DNA of 64,000 nt from Candidatus Latescibacterota bacterium (GCA_963662665.2 CAXXJS010000049.1:28373-92372), one strand, 5' to 3'. Shown: positions 46,940 to 56,824, numbered from the stretch's first letter. Numbers and translations: made by a program. Notes: generated by a model from the letters alone, not told the origin.

Positions 46940-49342
46940 ATGATGAGGAGGGAAAAAGGGATTTCCAGGTTCCATTTACGTCGTGGTTCGGTCGCGGTCC
47001 TGATCGGCCTACTTGGGTCGATCGCGTTTCACTACCCGGCCCCGGTCGGCGCCGCTGACGAGTTCTATCTCGAGTGTGCTACCACCGAGGTTCGCGAAGG
47101 CGATTCCTTCGAGGTCACCCTCGTATACGTCGGCACCATCACCGGAGGCGATCGCATCGGCGCATTCTGGCACACCGATGCCGGCACGGCTGACTCCACC
47201 GACTACGTGCACCAGGACACCGGAGCTATCTGGGGCACCCCGGAGGATTCGAAGGACAGCCGGGTGAACCGAAGGGTCAGAACGCGGCAGGACAACCTGA
47301 TCGAAGGGGACGAGACCTTCACGGTTCGCTTCACCACCTCGGCCCAGATCGCGGACCCGGACGACCCGGAACGCGACAACAAGTGCGAGATTACCATCAT
47401 CGATGACGACCCGAACATCAGAAAGCTCGAGGTGACCTCGGACCCGGCCGTGCATGACAGCACCTACGGCATCGGAGAGGTCATCCGGATCTCCGCCACC
47501 TTCAGCACGAGAGTGGACGTGGAGGAAGGCGGCAATCCGGCGCTTGGCCTGCGGGTCGGAGACACCTGGAGGCAAGCGGGCTACCTCCGCGGGTCCGGGT
47601 CCAGGATCCTGGTATTCGGCTACACCGTGAAGTCGGAGGACCGCGATTCCGACGGCATCAGGATAAACCCCGGCTACCAGGACAGGCAGGGCGGGTGGCA
47701 CAACTTCCTCCGCCACGAGACCATCACCGCATCCGGAACGACCACGACCCCCTACCGGGTGTACGACGGCATCGACGACCAACCGGACCACAAGGTTGAC
47801 GGCAGCCTGTCGCTGGTCGGCACCCCCAGCATCATCTCCCGTCCCGACAGTGGCAACACCTACCTGTATGGGGAGACCATCGAGATCGCCATTGCATTCA
47901 GCGAGTCCCTGGACGTGGAGGGGACCCGCTATGTGAACCTGCGAATGGGAACCGATGACGGATCTCCCGGCAGCACCTCCTGGAGAGGTGCCGGGTACAG
48001 CAGGGGCTCCGGCACCGACACGCTGGTGTTCGCCTACACGGTCCGGTCCGGCGACCGGGACATCGACGGCATCACCATGGAGCGCACCCTAATCCAGGAC
48101 GGCAGAGTCGCCGGCCTCGGGGGCGAGGGGACCATAACCGTCTCAGGCACGGACAGCGAGGTGTCTCCGACGTTTTCCGGCCTGTTCAAACAGTCAGGCC
48201 ACAGGGTGGACGGGCGGGACCGCACGGCGCCGGCGGTGTCGTCGCTGGCCGTCACCTCCGGTGCAGGGGACGACTCCACCTACGCCGTCGGGGACAGCAT
48301 CCGGGTGACCGTGAGGTTCAGCGAGGACGTGGTCGTCACCGGGTCGCCGCAGTTGGAACTGGACTTCGACGGCATCGCCAGGACGGCCGGCTTCGACGGC
48401 ACCGCCGATTCCACCGCGGTCTTCGCCTGCGTGGTGGGCGAGGGGGACGCCGACGCCGACGGCATCGCCATCGGCGCCGACAAGCTCAGCCTGAATGAAG
48501 GCACCATACAGGACGCGCGGGGCAACGACGCGACCCTGACCCACGCGGCGGTGGCCGCGGATGCGGCTCACAAGGTGGACGGCGTGCGCCCGGCCTTCTC
48601 CAGCGCCGCGACCTCCACGGACGGCGACACACTGACCGTCGCCTTCAGTGAATACACCACGGTTCCGGCGCTGTTGCGCACCATCAGCACCCTGGTAAAC
48701 GTGGCTCTCGACGACTTCTTCATTGCCGTGGTGAGCGTCACGGTGGACGGAGACCGCGCGGTCCCCTCCGCCGCCGGCCTTTCCGACTCCACCCTCACGA
48801 TGACCCTGGATCCAGCGGTGACCATGAGCCAGGAGGTGGAGGTGGCGTACGACAATATTTTCGCCCGCGACGCCGTCGGCATCTTCATCGACGCCGCCGG
48901 AAATGACCTGCTCAACTTCTCCTCCCGGTCGGTCACCAACCAGTCCACGGCGGCCGACGCCGACGAGGAGGACCCGCCGCCGGACCTGACGCTGAGTCGG
49001 ACGGAGCTCGACATCACCGAAGGAGCGACCGCCACCTACACCGTGGTCCTGGGAAGCGAGCCCTCGGCGGACGTGACCGTAACCCTCGTGAGTTCTACGA
49101 ACAAGCTGTCGGCGTCTCCCGGAGGCCTCCTCTTCACCGCGGACGACTGGGACACGGCGCAGACGGTGACGCTCAGCGCCGACCATGACGATGACGAGCT
49201 CAACTACTGGGCGAGGGTGAGCCACGCGGCCAGCGGCGGAGGCTACGACGCGTCGTCGACGGATTTGTACGTGGTCATCGACGATGACGACAACGAAGAG
49301 CCGGCATTTAACGGAGGAAACCAACGAGGAACTGCACCTTGA
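46940..49342 (+). CDS. paralogous large secreted repeat protein with N-terminal Calx-beta-like domain
   Basis: Signal peptide; V.EGD...GTA...DY...D.LIEGDETFTV...TI.DDD; three HKVDG repeats; C-terminus shared with the previous gene; AAGGAG RBS. Confidence 0.8.
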   Translation: MMRREKGISRFHLRRGSVAVLIGLLGSIAFHYPAPVGAADEFYLECATTEVREGDSFEVTLVYVGTITGGDRIGAFWHTDAGTADSTDYVHQDTGAIWGTPEDSKDSRVNRRVRTRQDNLIEGDETFTVRFTTSAQIADPDDPERDNKCEITIIDDDPNIRKLEVTSDPAVHDSTYGIGEVIRISATFSTRVDVEEGGNPALGLRVGDTWRQAGYLRGSGSRILVFGYTVKSEDRDSDGIRINPGYQDRQGGWHNFLRHETITASGTTTTPYRVYDGIDDQPDHKVDGSLSLVGTPSIISRPDSGNTYLYGETIEIAIAFSESLDVEGTRYVNLRMGTDDGSPGSTSWRGAGYSRGSGTDTLVFAYTVRSGDRDIDGITMERTLIQDGRVAGLGGEGTITVSGTDSEVSPTFSGLFKQSGHRVDGRDRTAPAVSSLAVTSGAGDDSTYAVGDSIRVTVRFSEDVVVTGSPQLELDFDGIARTAGFDGTADSTAVFACVVGEGDADADGIAIGADKLSLNEGTIQDARGNDATLTHAAVAADAAHKVDGVRPAFSSAATSTDGDTLTVAFSEYTTVPALLRTISTLVNVALDDFFIAVVSVTVDGDRAVPSAAGLSDSTLTMTLDPAVTMSQEVEVAYDNIFARDAVGIFIDAAGNDLLNFSSRSVTNQSTAADADEEDPPPDLTLSRTELDITEGATATYTVVLGSEPSADVTVTLVSSTNKLSASPGGLLFTADDWDTAQTVTLSADHDDDELNYWARVSHAASGGGYDASSTDLYVVIDDDDNEEPAFNGGNQRGTAP

Positions 49343-50586
49343 AACCATTGATATTCGCAATTGCCGTGATGTTACCGCTCACCGTGCCTGTGGACGCCAG
49401 GGCGCCTTTGCCGCTGGACACGTGGGAACTTGTGGAAAACAGTCTGAAGTTCAACGTTGAGGCGATCATCGTCCAAAGTGAAGGGGACGACCCCGTCCCC
49501 GCGACACCTTACGTCACCCTCGAGCTGTACCGGGGCAATGCCTACCGGTTGTCCATCGGTGCCCGCGCGGCGGACGGATATGCGTTTCCTCATTTCCTGC
49601 CGGAACCGCCCGGCCACGCGGCTCCTTCTACACGGGCTACGGGAGGGTACGGATATTATACAGTGCACTCCGATACGCTGCGTTTCAGGGCCCATTTCGC
49701 GAGTCTGATCGCTGACGGCGTGGATCTGGGAGACGTCGTAAGCCAGTCCAGTGACCCGAGGGTGCAAAGAGAGTACACGCTGGCGCTTTCCCTGGTAAAC
49801 TCTGTATTTCTCGAGCTCTTCAACGACCTTTACGCGTACCGGTCCGGCGACAGGCTGGTCTTCGTACTGCCCGGCGACAGCGATTTCGCGGCGGTGGCGG
49901 GAGATTCCGGGGACGGGATCGTGTGGGAGTTGCGCAGGGTGGGAGGTCCTCCGTCCACTTCGCGGGCGGCGGTACAGGCCACGGTGATCGGGGGCGGGGC
50001 GGAAGCGCTGACGGTGGCGTTCGCGCGTTCCATCTCGGGGCGTGCCGTGCACTATGCCTGGCGGGCGGTGACCGACGGCGCCGGGCGTGCGGATCTGGAG
50101 ATTGTGACGCTGGACCGGTGGGGCGTCACGGGTTACTACAGCGCCCTCGCACGAGACGGGGAAGGTGCGATTGTGGGGAGGTGGAACAGCATTCCCCTGA
50201 ATGAGAACCGTCTCCAGGTCGTGGAGTTGGCGGTGCGCGGCCGGGCACGGGTGGTGTCAAACCGTGTCCTGAATGCGGCAAAGGCGGCGGCGCTGCCGGT
50301 AGAGCAGGCGGTGGCGGGTCTGGCGCCCAACTTTCCCAACCCGTTCAACAGCAGCACGCTGATCGTGTACCGGCTTGCCGCTGCTGGCGCGGTGCGGCTC
50401 GAGATCTTCAATTCGCTGGGACAGCGTGTGCGGACGCTGGTGGACGACCACCAGACCGCGGGGCGGTACCCGGTCCAGTGGGATGCCCGGGACGGACGGG
50501 GAGAAGGGGTGGCCGCGGGTGTCTATGTGATACGCCTGATCCATCCGGGCGGCGTGGACGCCCGGCGCATGCTTTTTCTCAAGTAA
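49339..50586 (+). CDS. secreted protein with C-terminal FlgD-Ig/T9SS-type-A-like domain
   Basis: Signal peptide; LAPNFPNPFNSST.I.Y.L...V.L.IFN.LGQRVRTLV...WD.RD..G..VAAGVY.IRL...RML.LK. Confidence 0.8.
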   Translation: MKPLIFAIAVMLPLTVPVDARAPLPLDTWELVENSLKFNVEAIIVQSEGDDPVPATPYVTLELYRGNAYRLSIGARAADGYAFPHFLPEPPGHAAPSTRATGGYGYYTVHSDTLRFRAHFASLIADGVDLGDVVSQSSDPRVQREYTLALSLVNSVFLELFNDLYAYRSGDRLVFVLPGDSDFAAVAGDSGDGIVWELRRVGGPPSTSRAAVQATVIGGGAEALTVAFARSISGRAVHYAWRAVTDGAGRADLEIVTLDRWGVTGYYSALARDGEGAIVGRWNSIPLNENRLQVVELAVRGRARVVSNRVLNAAKAAALPVEQAVAGLAPNFPNPFNSSTLIVYRLAAAGAVRLEIFNSLGQRVRTLVDDHQTAGRYPVQWDARDGRGEGVAAGVYVIRLIHPGGVDARRMLFLK

Positions 50587-50661
50587 CGTATCGGAATTCA
50601 ATAGTCGTGAACATATAAAGCCGGTGGGTGTTCTGCCTGAACTCGCAAAGGAGGAATTGCC

Positions 50662-51420
50662 ATGAAAGTTTCGCTGTACTTGCAAGTTGCCGCTGTTATG
50701 GTTTTTGCATCCGCTGTGGCGGCGGAGCAGGAACCGCTGGAGGGGCAGGTCGTGAATCCGATGTCGCGTCCGGTTCAACGTGCGCAGGTCGAACTCTACA
50801 GGCTTGACGATCCAACCGTAAGGGTGACGTCAATAACCGACGAAAACGGCGCATTCTCGTTGCCCGTCAGGGACCTTTTGCCACCCCCTGAGAACAGGCT
50901 CCGGCAGAATCATCCCAATCCGTTCAATCCGTCCACGCTCATCCCTTTCGAACTCTCGGCAGTAGGACACGTGCGGCTGGACATCTACAACATCCTGGGG
51001 CAGCGGGTGGTCACCCTGATTGACGGAGAACGGCCCGCGGGGTTCCAGCGGGTGCAGTGGAACGGCCTGGACGCTGCAGGCCGAGGTGTGGCCGCCGGAG
51101 TCTACATTTACCGGTTAAGCACCGGCGACTGGAACGATGCCCGGAAACTGTTGTTGCTCGACGGCGCGTCGGGACGTTCAGGCGGAAGCGCCGTGAGCTA
51201 CAATGAAGAAGCACGGGTCCACACGTTCGGCGTAAGTATTTCCGGCGAGGAAATAATCACCAGGACGTATACCTGGAACCCCGGCGCCGGGCCGTTGGTG
51301 GCAGAGGTAACAGGCATGGAAGACCTCATTCCGGCCGAGGACGGGAACTCGGAAGCCGAGGCCAATCCCTTCTCGGGAACCAGCCTGGCCTCCATCATCA
51401 AGGTCGTCTCCGGCCTTTGA
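50662..51420 (+). CDS. secreted protein: carboxypeptidase-regulatory-like Ig plus FlgD-Ig domain (possibly 5' half of a split gene)
   Basis: AGGAGG RBS, signal peptide, G.V..P..RP...A.V...TDENG.F, QNHPNPFNPST. Confidence 0.75.
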   Translation: MKVSLYLQVAAVMVFASAVAAEQEPLEGQVVNPMSRPVQRAQVELYRLDDPTVRVTSITDENGAFSLPVRDLLPPPENRLRQNHPNPFNPSTLIPFELSAVGHVRLDIYNILGQRVVTLIDGERPAGFQRVQWNGLDAAGRGVAAGVYIYRLSTGDWNDARKLLLLDGASGRSGGSAVSYNEEARVHTFGVSISGEEIITRTYTWNPGAGPLVAEVTGMEDLIPAEDGNSEAEANPFSGTSLASIIKVVSGL

Positions 51421-51423
51421 ACG

Positions 51424-52239
51424 TTGACAATGCCGGCCCCGCAGCCCCCTCATCCCACCCTGTGGGCAGCCGGCAGGCCACCACCCGCCAGCCCCAACGG
51501 GCACACCGGCGGGTGGTGGCGTCTTCTGCCTTCGCTTTGGTCGATTCTTTCGTCAGGACATACCGACAGTTTCTGTAACAGACGCAGCAATTGCGCCGCT
51601 TTCGAAATGGAGTGGCCTCCCACGTTCGCCTCCCGGGACGGCGAAGGCGTGCCATTGGCTTCGTCCGGAAACGCGGACGTGATCCGTGGCGAACATCCGG
51701 AGACGATGACGAGGTCCGTGAGCATTGCCCTGCAGAAGGCCGCCCCGCACTCTTCTGATTTCAACGGGAACGGGCTTGTGGACTTCGCGGATTTCGTGCT
51801 TTTCGTTGCAGGTTTCGGATATGTGGCCGGTGATGCGAAGTATGTGCCAGGACTTGATCTGGACAGCGACGGTCGGATTGGGTTCGCCGATTTCGTAATT
51901 CTTGCCAACAGCTTCGGGAGGGCCGTGAACCGCCCGCCCGCCTTCGCGCCGGTGCATCCCATCACGTATTCGGTTACCGGGCACGCGCCGGCAGGACAGC
52001 CGATCGGCGGCCCGGTCCGGGCGACCGACGCCGACGGGGACACGCTCACGTACAGTCTATGGGGCGCCGATGCGGACCACTTTGCGATTGACGCCGGCAC
52101 CGGACAGATCCTGACGAAAGGGACGTACGACTACGAGGAAAAGCGAGGATATGCCGTGATTGTGCGCGCCAGGGACGGCAAGGGCGGACGCGTCAGCGTT
52201 GTGGTAAGCATCGCAGTGACGGAAATTGCAGGTGCTTAG
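51424..52239 (+). CDS. EF-hand/dockerin-like plus cadherin domain fragment (in frame with the previous ORF)
   Basis: SDFNGNGLVDFADF...DLDSDGRIGFADF; cadherin N.PP.F...ATDADGDTL.Y...F.ID..TG.I...DYE; no RBS or signal peptide. Confidence 0.6.
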   Translation: MTMPAPQPPHPTLWAAGRPPPASPNGHTGGWWRLLPSLWSILSSGHTDSFCNRRSNCAAFEMEWPPTFASRDGEGVPLASSGNADVIRGEHPETMTRSVSIALQKAAPHSSDFNGNGLVDFADFVLFVAGFGYVAGDAKYVPGLDLDSDGRIGFADFVILANSFGRAVNRPPAFAPVHPITYSVTGHAPAGQPIGGPVRATDADGDTLTYSLWGADADHFAIDAGTGQILTKGTYDYEEKRGYAVIVRARDGKGGRVSVVVSIAVTEIAGA

Positions 52240-53003
52240 CGACCCCCGGATCCCGGAAGGCAAACGATTGGGCAATCAGTAGCAGAAGGACGAGGGCTTA
52301 AGCAGCCACGATTACGGCAGTCGTGTGGGCGGAGCCAGGGACATGAATGTGCGAAAGCTGACCCAAAAAGAGAGGCTTGCTTTGTAGAAGGCGAATCAGG
52401 CGAACATATACTCCCGTGCCAGGTTGAGAGAGATTCCGATGTGGCGGGCGGAACACAATGGCGTTGTGGGATACGGATTCACGCGAACGTACGCCGAATC
52501 CGATTGCCTGCGGCAATTGTAGTTGCTCTCAACACAAACCCAACGACTATGCCCTGCTGACATCGACGTCAGCAGGGCGTGTTTTGTGGCAGTGGGATCC
52601 GGTGACTCCGGTCTGGCGCCACGCGTGATTCTTCGATCCCGCGGTTTCATTTACGGTATCCATTTGAATATTCTCGCAGCATATTTATAATGCACCCTTC
52701 TGATGCACATCGCTTTTTTAAATAAAATAGGGAACCTCGATCCTGACCGAAGCGTAACACATCATGAGTCTCGCGAGATTGGACCCGGGTTTTTCTTCAG
52801 TCAGCCGATGAGCAGAGCGTTCATTATCCAGCTTCATTGGCAAGAGGACATGAACTGCTCCGCTAACTTGCCCATTTAACTCTTGGGAAATCGTTTAAGT
52901 GCGGCGCGGTAAAGCGCGCGGATGTTAAGAGAACTTTTGTTTGCGTAATCATTCGACCGCCAGCTTACCCGCGTCCGCCCGAAGCCCAGGAAGGAGGCTC
53001 GAG

Positions 53004-53861
53004 ATGTTCATTTCTGTCCAGAATGCATTCGCGCGTAGAGTGTCGACCGCCACGAATCCCCATTCCTGTTCGCGAATCCGTGAAACGCCGTTGAGCGCGG
53101 ATTCAGCTCGCGCCCAGGGGCGCTTGCGTAAATTGCTGCTCGTTTCAGCGGCAATCGCCTTCGTTGTGGGATTGGGTACGGCGGCGCCGGCTGCCGCCCA
53201 TTGCGGCCATTGTCACAAGGTCGCGGATTCGGCTTCTTGTCCGGTGACGATCGCCGACGACGATCATTCGCCGATGAGGGCCAACCGGCCGGCGTCCGTT
53301 CTTCCCGAAGTCCCTCTGGTGAGCGTTTCGCCCGCATCCCCGCGGGTGGGCGAAGTCCTGACCGTCATCGTTCGAATGGACCCGCCGACCCTGGCCGGGG
53401 CACCCAACATCACGGGCAGGGTTCTGATACGTGATCCGGGAATCTGCGGAGGCGTCAACTTGAATACCTTCGTCTTCCAGCCGGGTCAGGCCGGGGCCGC
53501 GGCAGCCCACTACTGGATACACGATTATGTAGGGTACATAGCGGATCGCAGAATCAGGGTATCTCTCAACCCGGCATTTGATGACTTTTACAACATCGGA
53601 CAGCCTTCGTCGATGACGGTTGTGGTGCAGTCCCAATACGCCGCAGGCAAAGTCGCGCTGTCCGAGCCGCCGGCGGGCGAATTCGTGGGGGCAAACCATC
53701 CCAATCCATTCAATAGCGTCTCCTGGATACCGTATCGCCTGGGCACTGCCGGAGACGTACACCTGGAAATTTACAATCTTCTTGGCCAGCGAGTTCGTAC
53801 GCCGGTTGACGGGGCGCCGTGCAACTCAGGCGTTTGCTCTACGTCAAGTAGCGCGATATAA
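53004..53861 (+). pseudogene. degenerate secreted protein with truncated FlgD-Ig domain
   Basis: GGAGG RBS before ATG 53004; hydrophobic signal, VTIADDD, NHPNPFN..., ending just after LGQRVRT without the WDG/GVY part. Confidence 0.5.
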
Positions 53862-53893
53862 CCGATAACCACATTGAATCTTTACGGAGGCCC

Positions 53894-53934
53894 TGCGCCC
53901 GCCCATCACATCGGATGGGCGGGCGCAAAGCTTT
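53894..53934 (+). terminator. strong hairpin, probable terminator
   Basis: GCGCCCGCCCATC-ACATCG-GATGGGCGGGCGC then AAAGCTTTT. Confidence 0.5.
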
Positions 53935-54109
53935 TGTGCAGGGTGCCAGGCTTTGCAAGCAAAGGCGTCACAATGATTCAATGCGCTTGATAACGAGCAC
54001 CGTTGACCCTGTTTTTAGTCGAGATTCTTGGATATGTGAAGGTACCCACAGTTCAAAAAGGGGCAGGACGTGCCCTGAGCCGAAGCCGCCTACAGTACCG
54101 CGTTCTCAC

Positions 54110-54148
54110 AAAAAAACAAATGCCCTGCTGATTGATTGTCAGCAGGGC
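54110..54148 (-). terminator. terminator downstream of tRNA-Glu
   Basis: GCCCTGCTGA-N7-TCAGCAGGGC, followed on the minus strand by ATTTGTTTTTTT. Confidence 0.75.
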
Positions 54149-54170
54149 CGTATTGATTGACTCTCTTATA

Positions 54171-54246
54171 TGGTGACCCCGAGGGGAGTCGAACCCCCGT
54201 TTCCAGGGTGAGAACCTGGTGTCCTAGGCCACTGAACGACGGGGTC
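54171..54246 (-). tRNA. tRNA-Glu (CTC)
   Basis: GACCCCG...CCAGG-TT-CTC-AC-CCTGG...GGTTCGACTCC...CGGGGTC-A-CCA cloverleaf. Confidence 0.96.
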
Positions 54247-54265
54247 ACCCGACAAAAGCGGGAGA

Positions 54266-54294
54266 AATCTACGCAAAACGGCCGGTTTTGTCAA
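54266..54294 (-). promoter_or_regulatory. sigma70 promoter of tRNA-Glu
   Basis: Minus strand TTGACA-N17-TAGATT. Confidence 0.7.
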
Positions 54295-54347
54295 GGGGTT
54301 ACCGGCACAACGGGCCGTGCGAAGGGTCGGTTCCGGAAGCCAGGTTT

Positions 54348-54719
54348 TCAGTCCCTCGGCGGCACCGCGCACAGGAAGCCCAGGGGTTCTTTTCCGGTAT
54401 TTTCGAACTGGTGCTGCTCGTTCGGGGGAATGTACACGACGTCGCCCGGACCGATGTCGAAGACCTCCCAGCCCATCATCAGCCGGGCGGTGCCCCGGAG
54501 GACGTAGACCCCATGGTCGTGGTCGTGGCGGTCGAAGGAGGTCTGCCCCCCGGGTGCGATCTCATAGTACCGCATGCCGAAGTTGACGGCCCCGTCCCGC
54601 TTGCCGATGACGACCTGTCTGCTGCCGCCCACGGCGCCATCGGTGTCGTACGCCTCGACCTCGACGCCGTCCCACGAGTAGTTGCCTTTTTCACCTGTAA
54701 AGCGGTGCAGAACGCCCAT
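54348..54719 (-). CDS. cupin domain protein
   Basis: FGMRYYEIAPGG.T..D.HDHDHGVYVLRG, GDVVYIPPNEQHQF.N...PLGFLC. Confidence 0.88.
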   Translation of the reverse strand: MGVLHRFTGEKGNYSWDGVEVEAYDTDGAVGGSRQVVIGKRDGAVNFGMRYYEIAPGGQTSFDRHDHDHGVYVLRGTARLMMGWEVFDIGPGDVVYIPPNEQHQFENTGKEPLGFLCAVPPRD

Positions 54720-54914
54720 AGTCGCCCTTCAGGAAACACCCGGTCCGATGCGCCAGGCGAAGTTCGGTTACCTGGAATTCCGGACGCCGCTTCCGTGGCG
54801 TTCGGATTTGCGTGCCGCAGACTTCGCGGTCGACCCCCGGCCAGACCGATTTGCCGATGCGTTATCCGTGCACCGCGCCATAGGGGTCGTGCAGGAGGTC
54901 AGTCGCGCCGTCGT

Positions 54915-56081
54915 CTATTGCCCGTTGTTTAGAACCAGTTTCACGAAGTCGCCGAAGTCGGTCGTGTCGAAAGTCCTGAAGGAGGTCAGCATGGACGGCG
55001 TCCACTCGTCGTGCCAGATCCAGGCGGTCCATCCGATATTGCGGGACTCGCAGAAATCGATCAGGGGCCGGGCATACTCCTGCCGGATCCTTCCCGGGTC
55101 TTCAGAATGGCCGTAACCCCATTCGCCCAGGAAGACCGCTTCGGTTTTATCCAGGTTGAAAAGAACGCCCTTCCAGGCCTCGCCCTTCCAGGGATACGGA
55201 TGGGTCTCGTACACGACGTTGGGCCGTACCACCGGGTCGTCCAGGGCGCCGGCCAGGTCGTACCCCCAGTCGATGCCCGAAACCAGGACGAGCGCGCGGG
55301 GTTCCACGGCGTGGATGACGTCAACCAGGGTCTCGGCAACGGGGCGCCACTCATCCCAGGTGATAAATGCGGGTTCGTTGAACGTGCCGTATATGACGTG
55401 CGGCAGATCGCTGTACCTTCGGGCAATTGCGTCGAGCGCCTCGATCGCCAGCGACAGGTCGGGGTTGTAAGGATTGCCGCGCCATGGGTGATCGTACCCC
55501 CATTCGGGGTGTTCCGTCTGTCCGGTGAGCGGGTTCCCGTGCGCGTGCCAGCCAAGAAAGATATAGATACCGCGCCGCTGCCCCCAGTCGACGATCGGAT
55601 CCACGAACGCGGGCAGGTAGTCCCTGTACCGCTGCCAGAGGCCCGGATGAATGGGGACCCGGATGACGTCCACGTTCCATTCATCCGCCAGGATGTTGAG
55701 GGCTTCCGTCCCTCGGTGGGTGGCGGCGTGCAGAAAGAACGGATCGACAACGGCCACGCCGCGCAGCACAACGTCCACTCTCTCACCGAACGTGTTTGCA
55801 AAGGCCAGAAAGTCGGCGAAATCGACGCTTCCGCTGTTGTTCAGGTCGTAATCGACGCTTAACGAGCCGTAGGCTTCCGCGAACAGAAGGAAGTCCGAAA
55901 GGTCAACCTGCCCACCGCCGTCGAAGTCCGCTGCCGCGGCATTCGCGCTGACGATTCTGTGTCCGTCTACCCGCAGCCTCGACACGTTTTCGGCGGCCCC
56001 TGCCAGGGCTGGAGGAAGGGACAGGGCAAGGATCAGAATGGTAAATACTGATTTACAGTATTTCAGGACTTTCATGGACAT
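54915..56081 (-). CDS. glycoside hydrolase family 5 (cellulase family) with inserted EF-hand/dockerin-like module
   Basis: Signal peptide; LRVDG..., VLRGV, VIRVP, GWH, FNEP (acid/base), YETHPY, GEWG (nucleophile), GWTAW. Confidence 0.88.
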   Translation of the reverse strand: MSMKVLKYCKSVFTILILALSLPPALAGAAENVSRLRVDGHRIVSANAAAADFDGGGQVDLSDFLLFAEAYGSLSVDYDLNNSGSVDFADFLAFANTFGERVDVVLRGVAVVDPFFLHAATHRGTEALNILADEWNVDVIRVPIHPGLWQRYRDYLPAFVDPIVDWGQRRGIYIFLGWHAHGNPLTGQTEHPEWGYDHPWRGNPYNPDLSLAIEALDAIARRYSDLPHVIYGTFNEPAFITWDEWRPVAETLVDVIHAVEPRALVLVSGIDWGYDLAGALDDPVVRPNVVYETHPYPWKGEAWKGVLFNLDKTEAVFLGEWGYGHSEDPGRIRQEYARPLIDFCESRNIGWTAWIWHDEWTPSMLTSFRTFDTTDFGDFVKLVLNNGQ

Positions 56082-56241
56082 TCAGGGTTCGTTCGCAAGA
56101 TAGCGGGTAATTCGTTGGCGAAAACTGTCTGTCAATTGTTGGCCGACACTGTCATCCAGGGGAGGCCGGCAGGCTGGCGAAGCGTCCGCGCAGAAGTTCG
56201 TCTGCGAAGGGCATCTGCTTCACGTACAATCCGGAAGACGG

Positions 56242-56419
56242 GAGATTCTTCGCTTCGCTCAGAATGACATGTTGTCCGATAGGCCCTCGGTTCCCGCTGT
56301 CATCCTGAGGAGGCCGCCAGGCCGACGAAGGATCTGCTGCAGCATCGGATCATCCCCGCGCGATTTGCACGTGGCGACACCTGAGAGGCGGCACGTCCGC
56401 ATCCACGCTCAGAATGACG
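56242..56419. repeat. REP-like palindromic dispersed repeat, copy B (inverted relative to copy A)
   Basis: GAGATTCTTCGCTTCGCTCAGAATGAC...CTGTCATCCTGAGGAGGCCGCCAGGCCGACGAAGGATCT...; a further degenerate unit at about 56150-56197. Confidence 0.85.
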
Positions 56420-56519
56420 GGGGGCCATTGTCAAGCCAGCGACATCCTTTCCGCAAAAGATAGGAATATTGCCCGCGACGAGCAAGGCCGAAGCTGATTT
56501 TTACTGTGGCCGGAGAGTC

Positions 56520-56548
56520 TTGACACCGCCAGATGAACATCGTATTTT
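56520..56548 (+). promoter_or_regulatory. sigma70-type promoter
   Basis: TTGACA-N17-TATTTT upstream of the two small genes. Confidence 0.55.
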
Positions 56549-56608
56549 CAAGGGGAACATATATCCTGGAATGATGGAATCGGCGTTATTGTCGAACTCA
56601 CCTCACGC

Positions 56609-56824
56609 ATGATTTCTCTGTCGCGTGTGATTGCCAGAGGCGAGCGAATCCGCGACATTCAGCGATTGGTACGCACGTATCGTGGTAAGAAATCCCGATG
56701 GACAAAGAAGAGCAGCCCCCGTTTTGAGATTGAGGGTCACATGTATGAGTTTCACTGGTACGAACACCCTGATCGGGGCCGTGTCGAACTGAAGCGGAAA
56801 GAGGTCGCCCGAAATGACGGTTAA
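56609..56824 (+). CDS. small basic hypothetical protein (toxin-like)
   Basis: IARG..IRD..RL...Y.....W.KKS...EFHWYEH...GR.E.K; very Arg/Lys-rich; the frame is open further upstream. Confidence 0.65.
   Translation: MISLSRVIARGERIRDIQRLVRTYRGKKSRWTKKSSPRFEIEGHMYEFHWYEHPDRGRVELKRKEVARNDG

Noticed and set aside
44109-49342. Diversity-generating retroelement or CRISPR explanation for the repeats
   Set aside because: The repeats are divergent protein-domain repeats; no reverse transcriptase, adenine-specific TR/VR pair or repeat-spacer array is visible.
52240-52940. Long non-coding gap, possible ncRNA
   Set aside because: No recognisable structure or credible ORF; probably decayed sequence.
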